A stretch of DNA of 63,312 bases, the filler included, from Guillardia theta CCMP2712 (lineage: Eukaryota > Protista > Cryptophyta): the NCBI RefSeq assembly GCF_000315625.1. It is 3 parts of 3 records of this genome, joined end to end, with 100 filler letters (N's around TTAATTAATTAA, not from the genome) between each part and the next. Parts side by side here need not be neighbours in the genome. Positions count along the whole stretch, not along the records: positions 32,523 to 63,312 come from NW_005434387.1; 2 more parts are not named here. One strand, 5' to 3'. How positions within the stretch are numbered: position 1 is the stretch's first letter; each line of letters begins with the position of its first letter. The notes beneath the pieces are model-generated. The model was not told the origin of the DNA. It did no database searches and worked only from the letters and a program-made list of their open reading frames with translations. This document shows positions 35,501 through 47,379 of this stretch, piece after piece. The translations under genes and the position numbers were made by a program.

Positions 35501-36332
35501 ACACCTCCATCTTCACTGGTGCACAAGGGAAAGGCAGCGAGCAAGCGCAGCATGTCCTACTCACTTGCTCGATCCTCTTCTTCACTATCGAGATCACTAG
35601 GTCGTCGGGAAGCAGCTTCCCCTCCTTGACATACTCGAACGCCCGCGCTCCCAGCTCCGACCCCACTTTCATCTCTGCTCGCAGCAAATCCCCTGTGCTA
35701 ATGTGCACGCACCGATACTTCCTGCTGATCAGCGGAGCCTTCGAGCATGGTCAGCATGAGACAAGGCACCGGACTTGGTCAGGACCTGTGTTCCCTTGCC
35801 TGAGCAGGGTTTTCCTGCTAGTAAGATGCGAACCCCGTACGCACGGGAGGTAGGATTGCTCTCCTTTCGACGCTCCTCGACTGTCGACCCTGAGGCTCGA
35901 GGTTTCAAGATCAATGCGAGCAAGCGAGCATGCGGGCGCTCTTACCGACTTCTCTTGCTTGCATTCGCCAATGTGGCGGGAAACTTCTGCTCTTGACCCG
36001 CTGGGGACATGGTCAAGTCGACAAAACTCCAATGCAATGACCAAACCGGAATCGTCCATGAGCGAGACAGCAGAGGAGAGACGTGCTGGCATCTTTGAGT
36101 GCAATCAGAATCTCTCTCACGAGGAAGACTCTGCTGAGGATGATTCCCTCACCTTCCTTGAGCTAGCTTGATGCCGTCATGGTTGAAACGATTGACTGTA
36201 GAAGACCAAGAATCAAGGATAACGGTCGGAACATTCGTAGGACTCGAACTTACGTTGCACGATGAAGGATTCGCATGCAAGAACGAAAGAAAGTAGAGAA
36301 ATCACGTATAACAGCACCGAAGGTAGTGACAT
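32523..36332 (-). CDS. Adenylate kinase with bipartite targeting signal, fused to an EF-hand pair and an unknown C-terminal region
   Basis: Signal MSLPSVLLYVISLLSFVLACES-F; P-loop ILLAGKPCSGKGTQ; HISTGDLLRAE; LLDGFPRT; EF-hand DIDRDGFISFEEF; 3' end in gap. Confidence 0.8.
32864..32932. repeat. (AAGTC)n microsatellite, intronic
   Basis: Direct reading. Confidence 0.95.
34551..34847. repeat. 13-bp minisatellite (aacaatcaWactc)n, intronic
   Basis: About 22 tandem copies. Confidence 0.95.
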
Positions 36333-36889
36333 GGTTGGCCCAATCCAAGAAACACTCAAACACACATTCGAAATCCTGCCGTAGCTTTCAGCCGTCATGG
36401 ATGAGATCCCTCTCGTCCCTTCCCTCCCCTCCCCTCCTCTCCTCTCCTTCAACTCTTCCTCTTGCTCATTCTTCTCCCCTCCCCTCCCCTCCCCTCCCCT
36501 CCCCTCCTTCCTCCGTCCCCCTCCCCTCGCCCCCTACTAGCATTTTCGCATCTTTGCTCTTTGCTGATCCAAAAATTCTTTCCCCTCTTCCTTCAGCCCC
36601 TCATCCCCAACACCCCAAACACAGTTTCCAGCCCTCATCCCCGCTCAGTCACCGTTCGATCACTGGCCGGTGACCGGCCGGCCCGGGGCCGTCACTGAGG
36701 GGGCCGCTCGGCCGGCCCGGGGCCCGGGGCCCGGGCTCACTCTCCACTGTGACCTCCGACTGGCCAGACCCTATTCAGTCCAAACACCGTCCAACAATGA
36801 GTCTCCGGCTCCGTGTCACATCCGGGCCTCACGACCGTCGCAGGGCTGGAAGCGGCCGAGCCTGGTTCAAGTTTCAACTTCCGAAGTTC

Positions 36890-37728
36890 GGCGTTCAAGA
36901 AGCCGTACTCTAGCGACAAGGACTTGAGGTTTAACTTGAACCCTCCTACAGCAGCTCTGCCTCGCAACGCATCGGTAGGAGCCATTCTTGCCTTTGACAG
37001 TGATGTTCTTGAACACATCCCAAACTGTCACAAGTTCAACGGTAGGCTGAGCCATCATTGGATTGGCTGAGCCGGGGTAGGAGGAATTCTAATCGAAAGA
37101 AGCCTGAAGCCCATTCGCGTTGAAAACGGCAAGCACCAAGGCAGGTACAAGGAAACACCTGTTCAATGAAGTGTCGATGGAGAAGGCGATGCCGGGGATC
37201 AGAATGAAGCGAGTGTAGGAGAAGAAGCGGAGAATGGAAAAAACCCGGCTAGGTTGTAAAAGAAGAAAGGGGGTGGGGAAATCGAAAACTGCCATCAATC
37301 AGGACAAGCCATATCCTCCCTGCTCTACCAGAACCCTGTGAAGGTTGCTTGATAAACATGATTCCCTTTCTCTTGCTGTTGACAGATTTCGAGCCAGCAT
37401 GGCAAATACGAGCATGTTTGATACCGTTGAAGATGTTTGTTACAACCTTGCAATTCAAGTCGAAACTACGGATGATGCTAGGTGGCATCCCAAACAAGTT
37501 CTACTACAAACTCAGTTTAGGATGAGAGGCGAAGAACAACAAGGTGGAGTGTTTGTAAGGAGAACGAGGAATGCGCTATCTGCTTGCAAGGCAGGGCTCA
37601 GTTGGCACTGATCCCTTGCGGACATGCGTCTGTGCGATGCCTGTATGGAAGCAGCAGCTGTGAGGGAGTTTCCGATGTGCTGGTCTGAACCCACAGGAGT
37701 TTGTAAGATCTACAAGGTCGGAGATTGA
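36890..37728 (+). pseudogene. Frameshifted C3HC4 RING-finger (IAP/MGRN-type) pseudogene
   Basis: From 37572: CAICLQGRAQLALIPCGHA, frameshift, LCDACM..EFPMCWSEPTGVCKIY; the expected CPxCR is mutated to FPMCW; another frameshift just upstream. Confidence 0.65.
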
Positions 37729-38091
37729 ATGCGATGAAGAAGCATTATAATGTGATTAAACGCTCTTGGTACTCCCTTGCTGTAGTACGAGGCTGAAATC
37801 GGCATCTTGCCAGATACTTTCTGATTGAAATTATATCTGCTCTTCCTTATCCTTGCGGAGGCATATCCGTTCCGATAAGAGCTCAACACTGCGACTGAGC
37901 TGTTGTAGGAGGGGGAATCTGATTCGTCCTTCTATAGATGTCAAGCATGTCAAGATTGATGGAACAGTAGTCCTACTTAACCACCAGTTTATGGCTCTCT
38001 CGATCCATGGACATGCTTGCAATTGATGGGTTGGTCTTTCGATTTACCGTTGACTCTCATCATCCTCCTCCATCCCCCTCCCTTCGTCCCT

Positions 38092-38661
38092 CATCGTCTC
38101 GTCTCCTGTCCTGTCTCGTCTCGTCTCGTCTCGTCTCGTCTCGTCTCGTCTCCTCTCCTGTCTCCTGTCCTGTCCTGTCCTGTCCTGTCCTGTCCTGTCC
38201 TGTCCTGTCCTGTCCTGTCTTCTTGCCTCCTCTCCTCTCCTCTCCTCTCCTCTCCTCTCCTCTCCTCTCCTCTCCTCTCCTCTCCTCTCCTCTCCTCTCC
38301 TCTCCTCTCCTCTCCTCTCCTCTCCTCTCCTCTCCTCTCCTCTCCTCTCCTCTCCTCTCCTCCTCTCCTCCGCTCCGCTCCGCTCCCCTCCCCTCCGCTC
38401 CCCTCCCCTCCTCTCCTCTCCTCTCCTCTCCTCTCCTCTCCTCGCCTCGCCTCTCCTCTCCTCTCCTCTCCGCTCCGCTCCGCTCCCCTCCGCTCCCCTC
38501 CGCTCGTCTCGTCTCGTCTCGTCTCGTCTCGTCTCGTCTCGTCTCGTCTCGTCTCGTCTCCTCTCCTCTCCCCTCCCCTCCCCTCTCCTCTCCTCTCCTC
38601 CCCTCTCCTCTCCTCTCCTCTCCTCTCCTCTCCTCTCCTCTCCTCTCCTCTCCTCTCCTCT
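38092..38661. repeat. Compound pentamer microsatellite (TCGTC/TGTCC/TCTCC/CGCTC)
   Basis: Direct reading. Confidence 0.95.
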
Positions 38662-39162
38662 CACGTGTCCACTTCTGCAAAGTTGTGGGTCAAATCAGGA
38701 TTTAGCGTCCTTTCCCACCCCACCCCCTCATTCCCAACAATCTATCACCCTACTTTGTACCCGTTCATCTCCCTGCAACCTGAGGTCACGATAGGGGTAC
38801 TCGTCTAATTGAGAGGGGGTGGAAAAACGCGAGTTTCCCGCCTCCTCCCTCTGCCCGCACTCCTCCTCCTCCTCCTCCTCCTCCACCACCTCCTCCACCT
38901 CCACCACTACCTCCTCCTCCACCACCACCACCTCCTCCACCACCTCCTCCACCACCACCTCCTCCATCACCACTACCACCTCCACCTCCACCACCACCAC
39001 CTCTTCCTCGACCTCGTCATCTCCATCGATTGTTCCCTCGTCCTCCCGTCATTGATTGACGCATTTTCAGTGACTTTCACAACACTTGCGGAGCAATTTC
39101 CCTCGACTTGCTCGCTCTGATTTGAGTAACAGCGGCTGCTCCGCATTGTAAGCTTTCAGCTC

Positions 39163-42100
39163 ATGTCCAACACCATGGGTACCTACAGCTCTCAAGACTC
39201 CCAGCGATTGCAAGCAGCATTTACTGTCTACTCCTCCTCCTCGCGCAGTTCGATCTCAGAGTCTTCGAACTCCTTCATGCATTCAGCGTTCGCCACACCC
39301 TTTTCTGGATTCATGCAGTCTCAGGCTTCCTTCTCCCAGGCGAACCAGCCTTCCTCCTTCTGCTCAATCCTACCAGGGCAGCAAGAAGGTTGTATTCCAA
39401 CTTCAAATCGTTTTCTTTCCATCTCAGGAGGAAGTTTTCCTGCACAGCCAGGCCAAATGAGCTACCCTTGCCGTCAGGACGTTTCCCTTCATTCTTCATC
39501 CTCTTCGTCGCTGTATCCAAACTGCTTCACAAGCAGCTCGAATTTTTCTAGGCCAGTCCCTCCATTCATTGGGGTTCCTAGCGTGCCAGGTGAGCCTCAA
39601 CCAGCAAACAGCCTAACAGACCAGGCATGTCAGAGCAAGGTCGCTGGGTCTCCAAACAGTTCACAAGAAAGCTCAGGAGTGGAGGAGAAGCATCGTACTA
39701 GTGTGAATGCTTCGACTTCCCCCTCTCCTGTCCGTAGATCGCTGTCTCCCTCTCCCTCTTCTGTTCCCTCTCCCTCTTCCTCTCCCTCTCCCTCTCCCTC
39801 TGCTTCCCTCTCACCCTCTTGGTCCCCTTCTAGCTCCCGCTCTTCTGCTTCTCGATCAGTGTCTGGTTCCCGCTCGGCATCAGCCTCGGCGTTTGCTTCG
39901 GCCTCTTGCTCGGCACCTGCCTCTACTTCTCCCCCTCCTCCTCCTGTAGCTCCTGCAACCAGTTCGACTGTTCCTGCTCCTTCTCCTCCTCGTGTTGCAG
40001 CCTGTGTCGTTGAACCTCCTCCAAACTCCAATGCTGCTGCTTCTAGCTCACATTCTCCTCCGATGGATTGTTCCACCCCATATCCCTGCCCTCCACTTAC
40101 TTGCTCCGGGGGACACTCGACTACAACTTGGACTTCGATGTCAACTCCAGTCTCAGCTCTGGCTCAAGCGTCAACATTGGCTCAAGTGTCCCTTCCAGCC
40201 AACGACTTCGTCGCGGACATGCCTCTTCGACCCCCTTCTTCGATCTCGACGCCAGAATCATCGTTCACAGGCTTGCCTTCGACCCCTTGTCCTTCTAGTG
40301 CGTCGCGTAACAGCAAAAGGCCGTTCACAGAAGCAGCTCTTGAGGAATGCTTGACTTGCCCGATCTGTCTGGAGCGATACTCGATGGAAGGGAATCGTCA
40401 GCCGAAGATCCTTTCGAATTGTCCCCATACCGTCTGTCTGTCATGCATTCAAGAATGCAAGAAGCCCGAGTGTCCCCTGTGCCGGAAACCCTGTCGGACA
40501 AGGGATTACACCAGACTGTCAAACAATCCAACTGTGATGAAACTTCTGAATTCTAAGGCCAGTGAAGCTGGTGCTCTTGAAGGAGGTGATGGCAACGATG
40601 TGTCCAACCACGAGCAAGAGGAACCGGATGAAGAGTCGATGTTCTTCAAACCCAACTCCTCTTTGGCAGAGCTCTATCAAGCTTTCCAGAAGTTTCGAGA
40701 AGAGAGCCAGGAGATTGATATTCGTTGGAAGAACAATGACATCAGTGAAGAAGAAGCAACAATCCAACTGCAGGGAGCCCAAGAAAGGCTGCAACTGGTT
40801 AAGAAAAGTTTCGCAAAAGCCCGACGAAAATCAATCCTTTCCACAAAGAAGGCATGCAAGTCTGTCAAGTCCGAAGACTCTGGAAGTCTTAAGACGTCTG
40901 ATGTGCATTTGACTTCCAGCACACTCCATTCAAACCAGCAGAACATGTCTCCGTGTTACTCTGAGATTGAACCTGACGGTATGAATGAAGTTTCAAGCTT
41001 GAATAGCGCAGCTTTTCCTTCCAAATATGCTCCCAAAATTTCAGACATGAATGCGTACATCTACAAGCTGAAGGATGATATGATTTGTCTGGCTGAAAGT
41101 ATCCCATACTCAGCTGTTCACACTAAGAAACCTGGGACCTGGAACTCACTGAATAATTGCGTCACTGCCGCATTGGATATTCAGACTCTGAGGACAAACT
41201 TAAGATGGATACTGAAACAGATCAGAACTGAGTTTCTGATGAAAGATTGGATCCAAGGCAGGCAAGAGTCGTGGGTTTCGCAATGCGAGACGTGTAGATC
41301 TCTGAAGCAACTTGAGTCACTCATTGACGAGCTTAAATCTCTTGCGATCGATTGGGACAAAGCCAACGGGACAGTCAAGCCGTCAACTTCATCAACGTGG
41401 AAAGAGCAGGACGATAGCTCAACGCAATCGAAGCCCCCGGAGCCTGAGGTCAAGAAGAAAGAAGATCCTGTCAAGACTGAGTTCGAGCCGCCAAAGAATC
41501 CGAGAGGTGTACCTATCAACAATCATAAAATTCGCATGCAAGGGCTACCTGCTGGATGGCAAGGAAGCCTGGCACGAGGAAAAGATAGGTACTTGTACAC
41601 CTTCACCAGCCCCGACGGTCTCACAATGACGGCGCCCTCAGACATTCTAAAGTGGTGTGAGCAGTTCCAAGGGATGGAGGCTGACAAACAAAGGAACGCG
41701 TTCGTCAAGAGCATACGGGAGGCAAAGAAAGCTTTCAGGAGAAAGTATAGCACCTTGAAACTTTGCCGGGCAAGAAGGGCCCGAGCCAATACAGGCGACC
41801 GACCTCTGCCTGCCCAGCCGCAGGATCCTGCACAGGATGGTGAATCAGTAAGGAGCGAAACGCAGGAAGAGGAGGACGAGTCCTGTCGAGCGAAGGGATC
41901 TGAGGAGGGGAGCGACAAGAAGAAAGCCAAGTTGAAACGGCAGCTGCTCAACCGGCGGCTGAGGAGGAAGTGGTTGAGGGAGGGGATGATAAACAGGGAC
42001 AACGAGGAGCTGCCGGAAGGATGTCAGTGGTATGTTGCCAACGAGAACGAGACTATAACTGGCATCTCTCGACGGTACAAGCTCGACCCCGAAGTCCTCG

Positions 42101-42276
42101 TGTCCCTCAACCGCCACAGGCTGATGGAGTTGAAGAAGAAGTCGCGCTTCTACGTTGGGACCAAGCTCCTCCTCCCCGACTGGGTGGTGGTGGACAGGAG
42201 GGTGAAGGGAAAGTCTGTGGGCAAGGCTGGTCGAGAGGAGAGCGAGAGAAGGCAAGCTGGGAGCGAGTTGGGGTGA
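39163..42276 (+). CDS. Intronless 1037-aa RING finger + WHIM3-like + MBD-like + LysM protein (putative chromatin E3 ligase)
   Basis: RING CPICLERY..PKILSNCPHTVCLSC..CPLCR; W-spaced helical block like BAZ/WHIM3; GLPAGW..YTFTSPDG MBD-like; YVANENETITGISRRYKLDPEVLVSLN..GTKLLLP LysM. Confidence 0.8.
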   Translation: MSNTMGTYSSQDSQRLQAAFTVYSSSSRSSISESSNSFMHSAFATPFSGFMQSQASFSQANQPSSFCSILPGQQEGCIPTSNRFLSISGGSFPAQPGQMSYPCRQDVSLHSSSSSSLYPNCFTSSSNFSRPVPPFIGVPSVPGEPQPANSLTDQACQSKVAGSPNSSQESSGVEEKHRTSVNASTSPSPVRRSLSPSPSSVPSPSSSPSPSPSASLSPSWSPSSSRSSASRSVSGSRSASASAFASASCSAPASTSPPPPPVAPATSSTVPAPSPPRVAACVVEPPPNSNAAASSSHSPPMDCSTPYPCPPLTCSGGHSTTTWTSMSTPVSALAQASTLAQVSLPANDFVADMPLRPPSSISTPESSFTGLPSTPCPSSASRNSKRPFTEAALEECLTCPICLERYSMEGNRQPKILSNCPHTVCLSCIQECKKPECPLCRKPCRTRDYTRLSNNPTVMKLLNSKASEAGALEGGDGNDVSNHEQEEPDEESMFFKPNSSLAELYQAFQKFREESQEIDIRWKNNDISEEEATIQLQGAQERLQLVKKSFAKARRKSILSTKKACKSVKSEDSGSLKTSDVHLTSSTLHSNQQNMSPCYSEIEPDGMNEVSSLNSAAFPSKYAPKISDMNAYIYKLKDDMICLAESIPYSAVHTKKPGTWNSLNNCVTAALDIQTLRTNLRWILKQIRTEFLMKDWIQGRQESWVSQCETCRSLKQLESLIDELKSLAIDWDKANGTVKPSTSSTWKEQDDSSTQSKPPEPEVKKKEDPVKTEFEPPKNPRGVPINNHKIRMQGLPAGWQGSLARGKDRYLYTFTSPDGLTMTAPSDILKWCEQFQGMEADKQRNAFVKSIREAKKAFRRKYSTLKLCRARRARANTGDRPLPAQPQDPAQDGESVRSETQEEEDESCRAKGSEEGSDKKKAKLKRQLLNRRLRRKWLREGMINRDNEELPEGCQWYVANENETITGISRRYKLDPEVLVSLNRHRLMELKKKSRFYVGTKLLLPDWVVVDRRVKGKSVGKAGREESERRQAGSELG

Positions 42277-42294
42277 AATAGAAGAAACCCAGTG

Positions 42295-42781
42295 TCATTC
42301 GAGCATCTCTACATTTGAAGTCGGGGATCCAGTCCTCTGGGCATCCTCCTCCTCCTCCTCCTCCTCCCCTCCCAACCTCTCCTCGTCCTCCCTCTCGTCC
42401 TCCCTCTCGTTCTCCCTCTCTTCCTCACTCTCCTCCCTGTCACCCTCCCTATCTTCTGCTCCATCCTGTTCCTCCACCATGTGCCGAGGGATCTTTACCG
42501 GCAGGTCGACGACTTCATCTGCCTCTGACGAGCTCATTCCCTGTGCATGTCTCTTGTTTGCAGTTCGTTGCTCGTTCCCGTTCGTCATGCTGTGAAGCTC
42601 TTGCTCCTGTTCCTGTCTTCCCTCCTCCTCTTCCTGCTCCTGCTCCTCCTCCTGCTCCTGCTCCTGCTCCTGCTCTTCCTCCTCATTTCTTGCCAGCGAG
42701 CCTTCAAAGATTCTGCCTTTCACGACGAACTGAATGTTGACCGACTGAAACAACGGTCATCATCATCATCTCCACCATCAT

Positions 42782-42836
<55 letters not shown>

Positions 42837-44198
42837 TCCATCTCCATCATCATCATCTCCATCATCATCATCTCTATCATCATCATCATCATCATCATCA
42901 TCATCTCCATCATCATCATCTTCAGCAGCATCAGCATCAGCAGCAGCAGCAGGAGCAGTATCTCTCGTCGTCGTCATGACCAACTACATCTTCCTGCTCT
43001 TCGATCATTCCATCATCTCATCTTCACCTTGCGATCCCTTGAGATTTCTGTCACTTTGCATCGGAACGCAAGCGGCGGCTGCTCCGGACGGCTCGAGCAT
43101 ACAGCCTTCGGGTCTTGAAAGAGGACGCTCCTAGTTGCAACCTGAAGGTCTTTGCGGCTGATAACTCATGGTGACTTGCGCGGGAGGAGAGAGGAGGGAG
43201 AAGGGATAGGGGAGGAGTGGAGAAGCGAGGACGAGGAAGCGGAGGTAGAGGAGGAGAAGGAGGTTGAAGAGGAGGTTGAGTAGGAGGAGGAGGAGGGGGG
43301 GGGGGGGGGCACAGGAAAAAAGGGGAGAGGATGAAACAGAGAGGGAGGTCAAGGAGGAGATGATGCAGGACGAGAACGAGGAAGGAGGGAGGGGACGGAG
43401 GAAAGTGAGAAAAGGAGGAAGAAGAGAGGAAGGGTGGCGATGGAGGAGGACGAGGGAGGAAGGGAGGGAGGGAGGAGGAGGTAGGTGGAGGAGGGAGGAA
43501 GGGAGGGAGGAAGGGAAGGAGGGAGGGAGGAATGAAGGGAGGGAGGGAGGGAGGGAGGGAGGGAGGAGACCTGGGATGAGGTTGAAAGCAAGGCAGAACA
43601 GGGCGAGCCATCCATCCTTCGAACCCGTCTCCTTCCCTGAGACGAACCTGAAGGAGCGATGAGCTCCAGGAGGATGAGGAGACAGAGCAGGAGCAGGAGC
43701 AGGAGCAGGAGCAGCAGGAGCAGCAGGAGGAGAAGATGGAGACGAAGGAACAGAAGCAGGAGCAGGAGCACGACGAGCAGGCAGGAGAGGCAGGGGAGGA
43801 GGAGGAAGTGAAGGAAGTGGAAGATCACCGGGGTGAAGTGCATGTCTTCAACCATCTTCTTGCGCTTCTTGGCGTCTTCCCCCATCTGGATCCACTCTGG
43901 AACAGAGACAAGGCAGAAGTGAGCAGAGATCTGAAGAGAGAGTTGAGAAGAGATTTGTGATTGCAATCATGATCAGGGCCAGAAGAATGTCGAAGTGGAG
44001 AGGTGTGCTGGGTTCACCAGACAGCAAGTAGACGTTGCCCTGAGTTGAGTTGTTCTGTCCAACATTATCAAACACGACAAGCAGCAGAAGGGGAAACGAA
44101 CATGCAAGTCGATGTCATCTTCGTGTGTTTCGCTGTAAAACAGGATCAGCAGGAGCAGGAGGTTGAGGAGGAGCAGGAGCAGGAGCAGGAGGTTGAGG

Positions 44199-44230
<32 letters not shown>

Positions 44231-45119
44231 CAGGGATTGTGTACACCTGGTATCCTCCAAGATCTCTGGATCTTCTACGGTATCCACTCTCTGCTTCGGC
44301 ACGGCTGATATCTGCCAAACAAATATGCAATGACAAGGAGGATTGGAAGCCAAAGAAGTCGTCATGATAACAAACAAGCAGAAACAACAATCTCTTCTCG
44401 TGATTGGGATGTCAAGCTCCGTGACACAATTTCAATAGCCATCATATCAACAACGAAGGAAGATATCATGATCATACCGGTGTCTTGACTGACTGCCTTA
44501 GCTGTGTGAAAACAATCAGGTTGGAATTCTGGTGCAATAACACTCACCGCGTTCAGACATCTTGTCATCTTCTTCACTTTACCGTTCAGCGCATCCTGTT
44601 GGATCGGATCACTTGTGTTGAGATGGCGAAGAAGTTCAAATCAATCAGGACAACAAAAATCTTTTGCAAACAAGATTTTCATCCGCAAACTCTTGGCAGC
44701 TCGGTTGTGATAAGCACACACTCACGACCAAGAAGACATTCAGAGCATAACCAAGACGCAAACACAACCAGAGACAACTGGCTGCTTGCGCATACATGTA
44801 TGCACACCTGCTTTCCAACAGCTTTCCTCCCGAAGGGCGAGTAGATGGTCCGATGAGAAGGATGCAGGTGCGGAGTTTCCCGGCGGTGCTGTAGAAGCTT
44901 GGAAGGGTTCTTCAAGGATTCTTTGATCCATCCCCTCACGCTCTCCGTCTCCTGCTCAGCTCGTCATGTCGTCTCACGAGCAGGAAGCAAGCAAGGGACC
45001 TCGTCCTTTGACCCGTCGCGGTACCAGTGCTGAGGTTGAGGTCAGCGACGAGGCAGAGAGGCGGGGAGAAGAGTCAGACGCATGACGAGGAGGAGAAGAC
45101 AAGAAGGAGGGGGGAGTAT

Positions 45120-45159
<40 letters not shown>

Positions 45160-46382
45160 TATCGAGGAAATGACAAAGTGGAGGAGGAGGAGCAGGAGGA
45201 GACAAGGAAGAGTCGGGGCATGTACAGACCAGGAGTCTGATCAGATCCATCCCAACCATCTTCGACATCTACAACATCGTCATCGTCAACAGCCTACGAC
45301 AGCAGCAGAGCTCAGTTCACTTGGCCCATGTCAGCGTTCAACCTCTGCACGATCTCCCTCATCCAACCCTGACAACTCGCAAGTCAGACAGTGAACAACA
45401 CTCAACGATTTTCACCTTGGTGTCTTGCCAAAGGCGAAATTTCAAGAAATCCTCCTCAACCCTGTCGAAGACTTGACGGCCAAGGTTCTTCTCCCCAAGA
45501 TGTCGAGTCAAGATTGCTCGCTGCTTGTCTTGATCTTTCTTCTGTTCACTCCTCGCATCTGACATGCTTGCTGTCTTCTTCATGTGTGATAGCGACTTCG
45601 CGACCTCTCTGAATCTTTCCCTCACCCTTGCATCTGTTCCATCCACCATGCTCCCAAAATCTATTCCTTCACACCAACGACTGTCACCAACACAGTCAGT
45701 CACAGCAGCTGGAGCACCTTCAAGTTTCCCTCTGAAGACACTCTCGTCAACATCATGTCCTAGAATCAACCTGGAGCAAACAAGTTTGACCCGCGTGCAA
45801 CAGCAAGCAATCAACCCTACGTGATGGTCATATGGTGCCTTGTAAGGTCGGGGAGCTTGTTCGGGACAGGAACATCTCTCCATGTCACGCTCCATCCGCA
45901 TGATTGCTGGTTGTCATCTTGCAAGTGAAACACCGAGCTGAGACAAGTCCCTTGTTTGATCTTACAGATCAACACTGAACAGTTCACCCTCAATGAAGCA
46001 AATCGTACAACCCCAGCACTCTCACCATACATACATGCCTCCTTGTCCTGCCCGTGTGCGATCAACCTCAGCCTGCTCGTGTTGTGTGTTGAGAACTCAC
46101 AGCAGCATCTTTGCCTGACATCCCATCGCTCAGAAGAAATTGATAGGGTCCCCTATTCCTACCCGGAGCTGAAACAAAAGGTTGCTCGAAGACTGGAGAT
46201 TTCCGCATCTATCTCAAACTGCCTCCCCAGCGCGAATTGATTCGCCATGATGATCAATCCCCTGCATAAACCTGGAGCTAGGAGGAAGACAAGAGATTAC
46301 AACAACAACATGGCAACGTTGCTGAGAGACCTTCAGTTTCCGAAGGTTTCTTCAGACAATTCTCACACTCCATAATCTCCAT
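42295..46382 (-). CDS. Multi-exon hypothetical protein
   Basis: Series of open exon-like segments with splice signatures separated by microsatellite introns; acidic last exon 42295-42753. Confidence 0.45.
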
Positions 46383-47379
46383 CTTGCGATGACGAAAGTG
46401 GATCTTCACAGCTCACATTGAATCTTGGCTGATGGTTCAAGAAGATCATCAATAACAGCTCATTGTATCGTGATCGGCACAACAAAACACATAAAGCTGC
46501 AGATGTTCTAACGGCAAACACTCCTCATGCTGTTTTGTTTCACAACCCTGCTCCATACGCCCCGACCTTTAACTCTATCCCTCTCCTCCTCCTCCTCCTG
46601 TACCTCTGCCCTCTCTCCCCCATCCTCCCCCATCCTCCCCCTCCTCCTCCTCCTCCTCCTCTCGCGCTTCCCACCTGGGATCCCCTTGACTCCGGACATT
46701 TCCTCTGGTTCTGCAGATTCGCCTCAGGATCGAGAATGACCGAGGCGGGCCTGCTGATAACGAGAGCTGAACTCGAGTGACTCGGCGCCGGGGCTGCCGG
46801 GCGGCCGGGCCGGGCGGCCACTCCCCGGGCCCGGTTGTACGGTTAGTACCATGCCAAACTCACTGAATGCAGATATTGATGAGTCACACCGACCTCAGCT
46901 CATGAGCTCAACAAGACTCAGTGTATGCTAAGATGTAAGGGTGGGTTTGCAGAAAAGTTTTGTACACTTTATGGCTGACCGTCACCGAGTCACTGTTACG
47001 GTTTATGGTTGACTTTCAGTTATGGCGACCACTGATGGGGGGAGGTCAACTTGACGTTGCTGTTGTCGATCCGATCTAGGAGCCTGACTCGCGGCCGGAG
47101 CAGCTGAGCCTGGCAGGCTGAGCAGGCATGAGGGGCAGGGAGCGGCTCTGCCAGACCAGCAGGGGCAGGGGCAATGTGGCAGGAGCAGCCCGTGCAGGAG
47201 CCTGAGGGGCAGGGGCAGGGGCCGCCCGGCCAGGAGGAGGAGGAGCAGGAGGAGGAGGAGGAGGAAGAGCAGGGACAGGGGCAGGGGCCGCAGGAGCTGC
47301 CAGATACATGCTGATAGTGTTTGCAAGAGTTTGCAAGTTGATTAGTTCGGTTTGTTTTGCCTTGGCACAAGCATTGAAT

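Noticed and set aside
38007-38808. Long ORFs on both strands
   Set aside because: Translations of pentamer microsatellites
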